Positions 29,367 through 40,095 of a stretch of DNA of 64,000 nt are shown here, in pieces. The notes below the pieces were generated by a model that did not search any database, was not told where the DNA came from, and saw nothing but the letters and a program-made list of their open reading frames with translations. The stretch lies in IMG/VR virus record IMGVR_UViG_3300029945_000001, positions 62,001 to 126,000 of that record; one strand, written 5' to 3'. Position numbers and translations under genes: made by a program. Numbering within the stretch: position 1 is the first letter of the stretch; each line of letters begins with the position of its first letter.

Positions 29367-29535
29367 GAAAAAACCGATCCGTACTACAGAAGAGCTACTC
29401 GAAGCATGGAAACATCTTCGTAATGCAACTCCGAGAGAGCTTGCGGTTGTCGATCCTTACTTTCTTCCAGAAGTAATGTATCGCCTCAAGGAGATAAATG
29501 ATGAACTTACAGATCCACATCTGTGGCCAACATGA
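29359..29535 (+). CDS. small hypothetical protein (58 aa, below ORF-track cutoff)
   Basis: GGAGG RBS; MSEKKPIRTTEELLEAWKHLRNA...HLWPT; overlaps the previous stop. Confidence 0.55.
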   Translation: MSEKKPIRTTEELLEAWKHLRNATPRELAVVDPYFLPEVMYRLKEINDELTDPHLWPT

Positions 29536-29544
29536 AAGATACTG

Positions 29545-29925
29545 ATGCGAGACGAGATCTCGTCTCGCATCAGCTACAAAAAAACACAATACTGGGGTAG
29601 GAGCATGATCATGATTTCGCCTATATATCCACTAAGTCTAGTCTCTGTTATTTTGATTTTTATTATTGTCTATAGAATTCTAATAGAATTGAAAGCGATT
29701 AGTGCCATTAATATGGGATTTTATCAAGGATTGCCGAGCACACATTTACGCCAAGTAGAGCATGCTTGTATTGTTATCAGAACACCAATCTTTGAGAATG
29801 AACTCAAGTCCGTAGTTAGATGTATAAAGAACGATCTGTGGATACAGGCTATCTATCAAAATAAGAAATCAGATTATCCCAATATAGCAAGGTTTGCTAA
29901 ATATCACAACATTGAACTAGAATAA
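29545..29925 (+). CDS. hypothetical membrane-anchored protein
   Basis: One TM segment; likely start ATG near 29605 after GGGAG. Confidence 0.55.
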   Translation: MRDEISSRISYKKTQYWGRSMIMISPIYPLSLVSVILIFIIVYRILIELKAISAINMGFYQGLPSTHLRQVEHACIVIRTPIFENELKSVVRCIKNDLWIQAIYQNKKSDYPNIARFAKYHNIELE

Positions 29926-29939
29926 AGGAGTTTAAGCTT

Positions 29940-30218
29940 ATGACTCTTGACGAAGAAGAACTTGAGCTAAGTAAACAGCTCGATAATATTTACATTGCTA
30001 TTGTGAATGAATATCATTTAAGATCTCAGTATATAGTTAAACGATTATTTGAAATTAAGCAACAGAAGATTTTATTACAACCGCTATCTATATCGTTTGA
30101 TGAAGTACAACCCTGTTATAATAAACAAGAATTTCTGGATCGGATGGCACAGCTTCCAAAATTAGATGACTCCGAGAGTCTCTCTGCTATCTTTAAAGAA
30201 GAAGGAACATCATCATGA
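29940..30218 (+). CDS. hypothetical protein
   Basis: AAGGAG RBS. Confidence 0.6.
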   Translation: MTLDEEELELSKQLDNIYIAIVNEYHLRSQYIVKRLFEIKQQKILLQPLSISFDEVQPCYNKQEFLDRMAQLPKLDDSESLSAIFKEEGTSS

Positions 30219-30539
30219 AACAACTCACTATCTCGACGACATTCGATGATGCACAGCATGAACTCGCACTAAAGGATGTGCTGGATAAGTCAATGCGGTG
30301 TGTAATCAATAAGCAGATGAAAGTGTTATTTGCAGACCCACATCTTGATGTTTCTGATTGCCGGTGGTTTAAAGGACCCCCCGATCTATCTGCTGACACT
30401 AAGCTTATTCAAGGTGGTTAATATTACCAAAGACGGCATAATGTGCTATGACGGTATCCCTGACGATAATATCCTCGTCAAATCTCGCTTGGCGGCCGAT
30501 GCCGAGATCCTTAAGGATCTCTTGAAAGAAAAAACATGA
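30215..30539 (+). pseudogene. hypothetical gene, possibly frameshifted (ORFs 30215-30421 and 30330-30539)
   Basis: Two overlapping short ORFs; the second lacks an RBS and reads like a C-terminal continuation. Confidence 0.35.
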
Positions 30540-30609
30540 TCAAATATATACAAGATAAGTCCACTCTTTGAATTGTGTAATCAAACACAGTTCATTGGAG
30601 TATGACTAG

Positions 30610-30816
30610 GTGACTAAAGAACAAGAACTGAAGTTTTGGGATGCTTTGGGCGATGGCTCTGGCTGGCCTAAAATGACGGACGACCCAGAAGTCAACTTTG
30701 TGGTAGACTGGTTCGTGGCCGACAAAGACGATTGGGATTTCTCCTATACCACATGGGACGAACTCCCTGAGGAGGACAAAATCGTCTACCGTTACGAAGC
30801 AGAGCATATGAAGTAA
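30610..30816 (+). CDS. small acidic Trp-rich hypothetical protein
   Basis: GGAG RBS; followed by a hairpin. Confidence 0.6.
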   Translation: MTKEQELKFWDALGDGSGWPKMTDDPEVNFVVDWFVADKDDWDFSYTTWDELPEEDKIVYRYEAEHMK

Positions 30817-30931
30817 AACTACATAGAGGATGTGCCGATGCACATCCTCTATTTTTTTATTTGTAGTCAATTATATTTCAAATATATATTATTATTATGT
30901 AATGTTATAACAGAAGGTAAGGTGTACTAAA

Positions 30932-31489
30932 ATGTCTAACGTTGACAATGATCTTGTCGCGCCACTCAATGCCAAATATATTGAACTTTATAAGGAGCTT
31001 GATAGCATACTTAAAGAGATCTCCGATGCTCAACTACGAATAACCAATCTCGATAGTGAGCGATTGGAACTTGTAGAACGAATCGCACATATTCGTAATA
31101 CAGCGACCATGTTTAACATAACTTTGACAGAGGTGCTGGTAGAACAGGATATCCCACCAACCGATACGCCAATCGATATCAGTCGGTGTGAGCATGATCT
31201 CGATATTGATAAGACTGGCTTTAATTGGTATAATAAAGTAGCTAATGAGGCAGTTTATCTCAAAAATGGTACTAAACTTACGTTTCTATATAAAGCTAAA
31301 TCGTATTATGCAACAATAATTGATGGTATGCCTGTGACAGATATTGGTGGAATTAAATACTCATCTGTACCATTGTGGTACAAATCGGTAACTTCTGCTA
31401 TCGGGAGTTCGATAGATAAAATATCCGTTAGACTCCCAGGCGATCCGGAATGGATATGTGCTCGACGTCTGTTTCGACCTATATCCTAG
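30932..31489 (+). CDS. coiled-coil protein with putative RAMA-like DNA-binding domain
   Basis: N-terminal heptads; C-terminal LKNGTKLTFLYKAKSYYATIIDG..Y.S..W pattern. Confidence 0.45.
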   Translation: MSNVDNDLVAPLNAKYIELYKELDSILKEISDAQLRITNLDSERLELVERIAHIRNTATMFNITLTEVLVEQDIPPTDTPIDISRCEHDLDIDKTGFNWYNKVANEAVYLKNGTKLTFLYKAKSYYATIIDGMPVTDIGGIKYSSVPLWYKSVTSAIGSSIDKISVRLPGDPEWICARRLFRPIS

Positions 31490-31643
31490 AAAGGTTAATG
31501 CCAGTGGAGTAGTCTATATAGACTACTCCATTATTTTTTATTTGTGATTAAGCATATTTCAGATATATATTACTTAAGTGAAACAAGTTTACTTCTTAAG
31601 TGAACTTTACTGGAATTACAACATACATCCTTGGAGTAACATC

Positions 31644-32405
31644 ATGGAAACAGATACAAATACCACCATTTACACGACTATTATTTCTGGGGGTATCACT
31701 CCGTTGGTTAATTGGCCGATTTCTGGATTCGATAATGCTCGACGTATCAATTTCGATCACGATCGTTATGAATTCGAAGTAGTGACAACCAATCCGAAAG
31801 ATAAAGATCGGCGTATTTTTAAACCATCTGGTATAGATTGGGAATTCGCTGAAGAATACGTTGGTAAAATCGATGAATCTCCGCATGATACGTATGTGTC
31901 ATTGTGGATGAGGCCCCGCCGTGAACTGAAAGACCTTAAGTTCGATAATGATTATCGTCACTATATCTACCACCACGGAGTGGAGAATGTGCGATTTATC
32001 ATTCCAGTTAAGCGACTTCAACAGATTCTGATGATCGCATTTACGACAAGCGATCAGCCTGAGACTGCTGCGGTTTGCAAAATCGTTGAGGGTTTCAATC
32101 GGACTGTTCTCGACAACTACAAGTATCAACTTCAGCCCATTGCACATGAGAATGCATCAGAAACGTTCTATGTTAGCGATCTTGTATCGCTGATGCGGGA
32201 ACTTCCTGATCAGTTCATGATGGTCGACCATTTCAAGGCTGGCGATAAGGTCGTGATTTCTGAAACCAGACACGCCGTTCATGAAGTATTCAAGGTCGTT
32301 GATATCACGGATCTTACTGGGCGTAAGCACCATCAGGATGTATTTTTGAAAGAGATCCCTGATTGTGTGTTTTCTGGCGATAGTCTGATAAGAGCTTATA
32401 AATAA
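31644..32405 (+). CDS. hypothetical early protein
   Basis: GGAG RBS before ATG 31644 (ORF track starts at 31578); downstream of TATATTAC at 31566. Confidence 0.65.
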   Translation: METDTNTTIYTTIISGGITPLVNWPISGFDNARRINFDHDRYEFEVVTTNPKDKDRRIFKPSGIDWEFAEEYVGKIDESPHDTYVSLWMRPRRELKDLKFDNDYRHYIYHHGVENVRFIIPVKRLQQILMIAFTTSDQPETAAVCKIVEGFNRTVLDNYKYQLQPIAHENASETFYVSDLVSLMRELPDQFMMVDHFKAGDKVVISETRHAVHEVFKVVDITDLTGRKHHQDVFLKEIPDCVFSGDSLIRAYK

Positions 32406-32489
32406 TGAGATCTGGGAGGGTGTAATTACACCCTCCAATTTTTCAATAAAACAGAATATACGATCATATCAAACATCCTGGAGGTAATC

Positions 32490-33158
32490 ATGTTTACACA
32501 ATCTGACTTCAAGCACTGGTTTCCTATCGAACAGACCCGTCATTACATCGCCGACATTATTCCCGATGGGGCGAAGGTTTTGGAAATTGGCGCCTGCCAT
32601 ATTCCATTTCCGAAAGCTACGACATATGTCGATTATGTCTATGATCCCAAGATCGACAATGTCGTTTGTGATGTTACCAAAGAACGACTTCCTTTTGAAG
32701 ACAAGTCATTCGACTTCGTCTATTGTCGGCACGTCATTGAAGACCTGTGGAATCCCTTCCTGGTTCTCAGTGAAATGCAGCGGGTGGCCAAAGCCGGTTA
32801 CATTGAAACCCCATCTATCGCACAAGAACTTGCTCGGGGTGTCGGCGCCGGCTCATTTAACTTCCGAGGCCATTGTCATCACCATTGGTTCGTTTATAAC
32901 GACAGTGGTGTGCTGAAGTTTATCAGCAAGCTTCCTTGGATCGAACACGTCGAGTTCGACGAAGAACAAATCGAACATATGCTTAAGACATACCCCATAT
33001 ACTGGAATACATACTTTCAGTGGACGGACAAGTTTGACTTTGAGCATGTCCAGGGTCAATATCCGATGTTGCAGAATGACATCATTTCTGGCTTACATGT
33101 CGGATACCAGAATGCAAATGCTTTTACAGAGACAATCATCGATCACTATAAAGAATAA
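32490..33158 (+). CDS. class I SAM-dependent methyltransferase (Methyltransf_11-like)
   Basis: VLEIGA, LPFEDKSFDFVYCRHVIEDL, EMQRVAKAGYIETP. Confidence 0.85.
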   Translation: MFTQSDFKHWFPIEQTRHYIADIIPDGAKVLEIGACHIPFPKATTYVDYVYDPKIDNVVCDVTKERLPFEDKSFDFVYCRHVIEDLWNPFLVLSEMQRVAKAGYIETPSIAQELARGVGAGSFNFRGHCHHHWFVYNDSGVLKFISKLPWIEHVEFDEEQIEHMLKTYPIYWNTYFQWTDKFDFEHVQGQYPMLQNDIISGLHVGYQNANAFTETIIDHYKE

Positions 33159-33419
33159 TAAAAATATGTGATTGATAAAGAATACGTTATATTGTTGAAA
33201 CTATTTGATCTCTTACTATAGATCACTGGAGTGAGTTTTGTATTCACTCCAGAATTATGTAGTAACTGAAAACTATGGGAAGAATCCTCAATAACCGTGA
33301 AGCACTCGGTTATATCTACAACAAGGAATCTGGAGAGTTTTACTCCCTAGATGACAAAGCTACAGTCAATGAACTCTATGACACCTATAATTGGTGTTAA
33401 ATGAACTTAGGAGATCGAG

Positions 33420-34325
33420 ATGTCACTAGATAGAAAAATTACCCGCAATGCTGATGGTTCTGTTTCATCTCTGAGTGATAAATTGGACGAGGCTATCGAT
33501 TATGGTCTCAGTCGGCTCATGGATGTCACGTATCATAATGCATATAGTGATAGTGGGGAGCTATTATCATTAAAGTCGTTCGGTGCAATATGGCCGCTTG
33601 GGTGGATTCCAAATGATCTTGCTGATGATATCCTGATATTTGGTCCTGACAGCGAACAGATGAATCCGAGTGTACTCTGGCCGATAGATATATCATTGGC
33701 TATTCCACAAGACGATGGTACTATCCAACTGATGCATGTACAAACTATATCCCCAAGAGAACTGCGGGGAAAGGTTTCTAATTTTGCACAGCACATCGTA
33801 AAGGTCTCCACTGCATTCATCCTGAGGAATGGGACTTATACTACAGAAGTTAACTACTTTGGTTATCTCAATAAGAAATGGAGTGCGCTTAAACCAATAA
33901 TACGCATGGTTACATACAATCAGAATGGAGGTCTCACAGCTGGTAAGAACTATGCTAATTTTAATATCAATGTAAATGTGACGATGGCTATGTCTGTTGC
34001 ATTAACTAGGCGGTATATGTGGGAAGTTACCTTTCAAATAAAAGATAGCCCAACTCTCTTATTTCTAACAAACCCATCAGGTATTAGAGAACTCTTTCAG
34101 AATCGTGATGTTCCTGTTGGAGAAAATAGAAAAAAGGCTCTTCGTAACTGGGTTCGTGCACATACACGAGAACTAAAGAATTCTCAGAACGAAGAAGATA
34201 TCGTCTTCGTACGTCGACATTTCAGAGGTAAAACATCTTTTGATTGGCAGGGGTACTCCTGCACTATAACACCTAGTGAATATGATCTTGAAAAGTACTT
34301 CTCTAGTAAAGAAACTAAACAATAG
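33420..34325 (+). CDS. hypothetical protein
   Basis: AGGAG RBS; basic C-terminal WVRAHTR...VRRHFRG motif. Confidence 0.7.
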   Translation: MSLDRKITRNADGSVSSLSDKLDEAIDYGLSRLMDVTYHNAYSDSGELLSLKSFGAIWPLGWIPNDLADDILIFGPDSEQMNPSVLWPIDISLAIPQDDGTIQLMHVQTISPRELRGKVSNFAQHIVKVSTAFILRNGTYTTEVNYFGYLNKKWSALKPIIRMVTYNQNGGLTAGKNYANFNINVNVTMAMSVALTRRYMWEVTFQIKDSPTLLFLTNPSGIRELFQNRDVPVGENRKKALRNWVRAHTRELKNSQNEEDIVFVRRHFRGKTSFDWQGYSCTITPSEYDLEKYFSSKETKQ

Positions 34326-34461
34326 TCATAAACTATGTGCAAGGAGATGTGGTATATACCACATCTCCTTGGATCGCTTATTATTTTTTTAACAATATCT
34401 TACGCATATATTATTTGTATGTAGTTCAATGTCATAACTATAACTTAAAAGGATATGGGTC

Positions 34462-34812
34462 ATGCTAGAAGTATCTCAGAGAAAAGTAACCGATACCATA
34501 TCGGTATTGATCAATCTTCCCAATGACGATTCACCAAAACATAATTTTATTTTAGATATTTTCTTTGAACCGTATTTAAAAGATATAGGTCCACATCGAT
34601 ATATTGTATTATCACAACACAATGATAATATTCGCGTACAATTAAACATGGTTAATACAATTTCAATAGATAGTAATAGTGTTTTTCTTATATATGAATT
34701 CTACAAGTATTATGTAAGAATAACTAATCATTCCGATAATAATGATATTAAACTTATACACGATAAGTTACTTAATTTATGGATAGGTGGACATATGGTA
34801 TCGTTAAAATAG
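34462..34812 (+). CDS. hypothetical protein
   Basis: AAGGA RBS after promoter-like motif. Confidence 0.6.
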   Translation: MLEVSQRKVTDTISVLINLPNDDSPKHNFILDIFFEPYLKDIGPHRYIVLSQHNDNIRVQLNMVNTISIDSNSVFLIYEFYKYYVRITNHSDNNDIKLIHDKLLNLWIGGHMVSLK

Positions 34813-34999
34813 TAGTGATCAAATTATATATTTATTAAATGTATGTTTAGATATGAAATATCCAGAATGACAAAACACGATAGTAGATGAGAGTACTCTC
34901 ATCTACTATCAGTATTTTATTTAAAAATAAACGATAATGAAATTTATTCAAATATATATTATTTATTTGACATATCTAGCATAAAAAAAGGACATCGCT

Positions 35000-35569
35000 A
35001 TGCTTGACTACACACCAGACAAAGTCATATTTCGTCATTATGACACTATTGATCATGACGTATATGATCGGAAGTTCATAACTGGGACTATCCATAATGG
35101 TTCCAAAGCAAACCTCAAACGTTGGGCAATGCTCAATGGTTTGTTGAACATCATGGAAGATGAAGACGGACTTCAGGGAGGGAGGTCTCTCCACGTATCA
35201 TATGGATCGACAAAGCCGGGATGTAACAAACGCATTGCACAAATGCAATATCATCCATGGCTCATTGTCCCTCCAGAAGAATTAAGTGTGTTCATTATGC
35301 CAGTCAGAGGAAATCTATTCCGACACAGAGTAGGATTTATCATAGATTCTGAGTGGCTGAAGAATCGCATCCGCTCAATCAAGAAGTCTTATGGTCTTCT
35401 CGATGAGAATATATACAATCCTCACATCACTGTGAGCGTTGGTACGAAAATACCGGCCAAGTTGTCGAAGCCAAACTTCGCCATCGTGATTATTGGTGAA
35501 CAAACGTTGCCATATGTAACCAAACACGTACAAGAAGAAATATCGAATAGAACATCGGCATATGCATAA
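35000..35569 (+). CDS. 2H phosphoesterase, Acb1/T4 57B-like candidate
   Basis: Two HxS/T motifs (SLHVSYG, YNPHITVS) with typical spacing; stand-alone early cassette. Confidence 0.6.
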   Translation: MLDYTPDKVIFRHYDTIDHDVYDRKFITGTIHNGSKANLKRWAMLNGLLNIMEDEDGLQGGRSLHVSYGSTKPGCNKRIAQMQYHPWLIVPPEELSVFIMPVRGNLFRHRVGFIIDSEWLKNRIRSIKKSYGLLDENIYNPHITVSVGTKIPAKLSKPNFAIVIIGEQTLPYVTKHVQEEISNRTSAYA

Positions 35570-35686
35570 TAAAAGAAGTCTGGTGGACAAATGTCCACCA
35601 GACTCTTTATTTTTTTCATAAAGTTATAAAATATATATTACTAATAAGGAATAGAATATAGATAGATAAATAAATAGGAGTATCGC

Positions 35687-36430
35687 ATGTCTTCTATACT
35701 TGGTAAGGATATTACTTATATTACTGTTACTAAAAATTATACAAATAATTATGTTATTTGTGAAAATGGTAATACCATCATTGATGTTGATACAGAATTT
35801 TTATCATGGTGTGATAACAAAGTATTAGAAGAATTTATTATCCGGAGAACTGAAATTTTTAATCGAAAAGATATTTTTACTAAATATGGATATATACTAC
35901 CCGATATAAATAACATTGCTTGTTATAAAGTTGAGATGGTAGTAGAATCAACTTCATTAAAATATTTTATTAAAACTGGCGAGATTGATAAAATGCGAGT
36001 GATACGTTTTGATATTAAAAATATGCCTAATGTAATTGATATTTCTGATATTAATAAATTTATTTTACAAAAATATAAAATTACTACCGATGATGTCGAG
36101 AATATTTATTGTATATATAATACGAAAACTTATCCGTATAAAACTATGATGGTTAAAAAAGAAATAGCAGATGAAATAAATAAACTTAAAAAGTTTAAAA
36201 GATTTGAATGTGGAATAGTAGCACATCCTTATAGTAGAGAAGAGGTCATTCCTTTGTTTATTAATGAAGATTATAAAAATAATGAAGAGTATATTTCATT
36301 ATCTAAATATATTGAAGATTTTAAGAAAACTAATAAGAAATACAGATTTTATACATGGGTATATTCTTGGTGTGTTTCTTGTTCTAAGTTTTTAAAACTG
36401 TTAAACCCTAAGAATCTTTTTAGAAAATAG
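35687..36430 (+). CDS. hypothetical protein
   Basis: AGGAG RBS after TATATTAC at 35634. Confidence 0.65.
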   Translation: MSSILGKDITYITVTKNYTNNYVICENGNTIIDVDTEFLSWCDNKVLEEFIIRRTEIFNRKDIFTKYGYILPDINNIACYKVEMVVESTSLKYFIKTGEIDKMRVIRFDIKNMPNVIDISDINKFILQKYKITTDDVENIYCIYNTKTYPYKTMMVKKEIADEINKLKKFKRFECGIVAHPYSREEVIPLFINEDYKNNEEYISLSKYIEDFKKTNKKYRFYTWVYSWCVSCSKFLKLLNPKNLFRK

Positions 36431-36436
36431 ATTATT

Positions 36437-37615
36437 ATGCTTGAATTAATAGTAGATTACTTAAAATCAAATATAGTTGCTAGTGGTCTTATTGTAGGTT
36501 CAGTGTCCGGTTTTCTACTATATATAATAAAAGGTATTCCAAAAGCTACATTTGATACTTTTTTAAAATATTTTTCTGTATCATTGACTGTAAGAAATGA
36601 TGATCCTATATTTAGTGATATAGCAAATTATGTAACAAAACTAAGAAATAATGTAAAACATTTTCATTATTCTAATGATAAATATGAATTTAATGAAATA
36701 ATTTATTCTGTAGATAGTAATAGAATTGTTACTATAAATAGAATTACTGAAAATAATCAAATAAGTTGGGGTAGTGGTAAGAATAAGGTAGAGACGATTA
36801 TCATAAAGTGGTATCTCACAAGAAATACAAAGCTAATAACAAAGTTTGTAGAACAGTTAAAATTATCTAATGAAGATAGTAAAATGATAGATGTTTATAG
36901 TAGAAGTAATGATTATTTCGAAATCATTAAAAAGAATAAGAGAAGTATAAATTCTATTTATCTTAATGGTGATATATTAGATAATCTTTTGAGTGATATA
37001 AAATTATTTATATCTAGTGAACAAAAAGAATGGTATGTAAAGAGAGGTATTCCATATCACAGAGGATACTTGTTTTGGGGTCCTCCTGGAACTGGAAAAT
37101 CATCTTCTATATTAGCTATCGCTTCTCATTTTAACTTACCTATATTTTATTGTAATTTTAGTAACATACGTAGTGTTTCTGCATATAACAATAAAATGAA
37201 AATTGTAGTTTTAGAAGATGTTGATACTTTGAATATTGGCAATAAGCGCGATAGTACAGACGATGTTGACAAACGCATATGCGATGATAAATCCAATGTT
37301 CCTCCTGAGCATAAAGATAACAATAATGTTACACTTGTCTCTTTTCTGTCTTTAAGTGATGTGTTAAATGTTTTAGATGGTATCATTGCTCCAGAAAATT
37401 GTATTGTGATTATGACATCTAATCATCCTGAAGTTCTTGATAGTGCACTTATTAGACCTGGTCGTTGTGATGAAGCTATTAAGTTTGATTTATTAGATCA
37501 AAATACCGCAGATAGAATGAAGAAAGATTTTGATATGGATGACCTTGATGTGATAACTCCTATTTCGGCAGCTGCTTTACAAAATGAACTTCTTAAAGCA
37601 AGAAAAGTTCTATAA
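36437..37615 (+). CDS. BCS1-like AAA+ ATPase with N-terminal TM
   Basis: WY..RGIPYHRGYLFWGPPGTGKSS, VVLEDVD, LNVLDG, LDSALIRPGRCD. Confidence 0.88.
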   Translation: MLELIVDYLKSNIVASGLIVGSVSGFLLYIIKGIPKATFDTFLKYFSVSLTVRNDDPIFSDIANYVTKLRNNVKHFHYSNDKYEFNEIIYSVDSNRIVTINRITENNQISWGSGKNKVETIIIKWYLTRNTKLITKFVEQLKLSNEDSKMIDVYSRSNDYFEIIKKNKRSINSIYLNGDILDNLLSDIKLFISSEQKEWYVKRGIPYHRGYLFWGPPGTGKSSSILAIASHFNLPIFYCNFSNIRSVSAYNNKMKIVVLEDVDTLNIGNKRDSTDDVDKRICDDKSNVPPEHKDNNNVTLVSFLSLSDVLNVLDGIIAPENCIVIMTSNHPEVLDSALIRPGRCDEAIKFDLLDQNTADRMKKDFDMDDLDVITPISAAALQNELLKARKVL

Positions 37616-37642
37616 TAAATGGCATGCAGAGGAGAATAACTC

Positions 37643-37960
37643 ATGATACCTACAAAATTTTATAAAAAATATTACGATTAATAATATAGAAATATAGAAG
37701 GACATGATAAACAAGCAGTTAAAATGACATTATACTGTTTTACTTGTACTAAAATTCTTTATTCTTATTCTGTTCAGTGTGCACTTGTTAGAAACAAAAT
37801 GTATAATACAGAAGATTTACATTGGGTAGATTCTATTATTGGTATATCTAAATGCCTTAGTATAAAAAGAATAGCTAGGTTTAATGAAAAATATAGAGTA
37901 AGTAGATTTCTAAGAAAGTATGTTAATAATAGACTCAGGATGATACAACGACACGAATAA
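37643..37960 (+). pseudogene. hypothetical gene interrupted by in-frame TAA TAA
   Basis: GAGGAG RBS before ATG 37643, same frame as ORF 37724-37960, two stops after codon 12. Confidence 0.4.
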
Positions 37961-37982
37961 TCACTTTCCCAAAAGGACTACC

Positions 37983-39788
37983 ATGTCAACGAAAGATGAA
38001 AAGTTACATGTACTAACGTGCTGTTTTAACCCAGAGAATTATAAAGTTCGATATAAGTTGGATCATGACTTTACTGAATATCTTAAAGATTTCCCTAATG
38101 TTATTCATTATAAAATCGAACTGGCATTTGGCGATCAGGAGTTTGTAACAACATCTATTGATAATCCTAACCATATGCAATTACGTACAAATACTATTCT
38201 CTGGTATAAAGAAAACTTGTTAGAAATTCTACGTAAATCAAAATTACCTAAGGATTGTAAGTTTGCATGGATGGATGCTGATATTACTTTTAGTAATGTC
38301 AATATCATTAATGATACATTATCAGCACTTAATGAAAATAGCATTGTTCATATGTTTGATAAGAAGATTAATCTCGGTCCTGATGAAGAAGAACTTAATA
38401 GTAGTACTGGTAGTATTGCTAAGTATATTAACACTAGTAATTTCGGCGGCGCGTCTGGCTTAGCATGGGCAGCAAATAATGAATTTATTAATGCAATTGG
38501 TGGACTTATCGATTGGTGTATTATTGGTTCTGCCGACTGGTGTATGTCAGCAGCTATGCTAGATTGTTTATCTGAATTGGAGTATGATAAATATAATGAA
38601 TACACCAAACCACTACTTGATGCATGGCATGCTAAATTACAGGAAAATGATATTGGTGTAGGATATGTGCATGGTATATGTTATCATCATTTTCATGGTC
38701 ATAAGAAGGACCGTGGGTATGATTGGCGACATAATATTCTTATGAAACATGAGTTTGACCCTAGTAATGATTTACTTTATTTAGATAATGGACTATTGGA
38801 TATTAGTGTAAAGAAAATGGAATTACGTAATGAATTGCGCGAATACTTCCATAGTCGCCAAGAAGATAACGATGTCGAAAATATACTACATGTAGTAACT
38901 ACGGTATTCAATCCATCTGGTTATAATAGTCGATATTTTCTATATAATCAGTTTAAACGATATATGGCTAAATTTAAGAATGTTGTTCTTTATACAGTTG
39001 AATTAACTATTGGTGATCAGCATCATGTTGTAACAGATAACTATAATCCGCGTCATTTACAACTACATACTAACAATGTGTTATGGTATAAAGAAAATCT
39101 TATTAATGAAGGTATTAAGAAACTAATTCCTGCTTCAGCTAAAAATATCGCATACTTTGATGCAGATATGGCGTATTATGATGATAATTGGCCTATGTAC
39201 ATTGTTGATAAACTGAAAGAGTGTGATGTTGTACAATGCTGGTCGTCTTTGGATTTCTTAGATGAAAATTATAATGTATATAAAACACGTAATAGTTTTA
39301 TGTCAGATTATATGTCTGGTCTGCGTCCATCTTTGGATAATCCATTGGGTCCTCCTGGTCTAGCATGGGCAATGACACGCGAAGCTTATGACAAGATTGG
39401 GAGAATTTATGATAAAAATATTGTTGGTGCTAATGATAGGGATTTCTGCCATATTCTTGTTAATGAACATTACCGAATGCCAGAAACATTGAATGGATAT
39501 GATGAACTTATGAGATATAACAATATTGTACGTGCTGCTAATCTATCATACGGATATGTCGACTTGGTCGCAATGCATTATTTTCACGGACATACAAAAG
39601 ACCGTGGATATGGTGTACGAGATTCCATCTTAAATGACATTGATATATCACAAGATCTTAGTTATGATGAGAATGGGCTTCTTCAGATAGTTAACAATAA
39701 AGACCATATCTACTTAAAACTAAAGAAATACTTCGATTCTCGTAATGAAGATGTAGGACATGTGGTAAAAGACGCTGCTGCTGAATAA
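37983..39788 (+). CDS. tandem-duplicated glycosyltransferase-like (GT-A) protein
   Basis: Two ~295-aa repeats, each with LHV.T..FNP, LWYKENL, DAD (DxD), GLAWA, H.FHG..KDRGY. Confidence 0.7.
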   Translation: MSTKDEKLHVLTCCFNPENYKVRYKLDHDFTEYLKDFPNVIHYKIELAFGDQEFVTTSIDNPNHMQLRTNTILWYKENLLEILRKSKLPKDCKFAWMDADITFSNVNIINDTLSALNENSIVHMFDKKINLGPDEEELNSSTGSIAKYINTSNFGGASGLAWAANNEFINAIGGLIDWCIIGSADWCMSAAMLDCLSELEYDKYNEYTKPLLDAWHAKLQENDIGVGYVHGICYHHFHGHKKDRGYDWRHNILMKHEFDPSNDLLYLDNGLLDISVKKMELRNELREYFHSRQEDNDVENILHVVTTVFNPSGYNSRYFLYNQFKRYMAKFKNVVLYTVELTIGDQHHVVTDNYNPRHLQLHTNNVLWYKENLINEGIKKLIPASAKNIAYFDADMAYYDDNWPMYIVDKLKECDVVQCWSSLDFLDENYNVYKTRNSFMSDYMSGLRPSLDNPLGPPGLAWAMTREAYDKIGRIYDKNIVGANDRDFCHILVNEHYRMPETLNGYDELMRYNNIVRAANLSYGYVDLVAMHYFHGHTKDRGYGVRDSILNDIDISQDLSYDENGLLQIVNNKDHIYLKLKKYFDSRNEDVGHVVKDAAAE

Positions 39789-39931
39789 ACTCATAGAGAA
39801 TCAGAAGTTATCGCACGAAGTGTAAGAGACTGGTGCGTGCGCACCAGTCTCTTATTACATTTTATTTAAACATAAGATCATATAAATATGAATAATAGAC
39901 TCTATTATAAAATTATTCTAAGATAGAAGTG

Positions 39932-40057
39932 TTCGATTGCACGTGCCTGGAAAACACGCGTCTCAGCAGTGATGTGGCAATTGGCCTACAACAAGCACAT
40001 CATCTAACGTACCAGGCAATCGAGTAGGTGCTCACCATAATGTTGAGATTTTGAGCA
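39932..40057 (+). ncRNA. candidate doubly pseudoknotted structured RNA or leader
   Basis: GC-rich intergenic island with nested stems and two cross-pairings (see finding). Confidence 0.5.
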
Positions 40058-40095
40058 CTCAACTTTTTGAAGAATTAAACCAGAAGGATCAAAAA

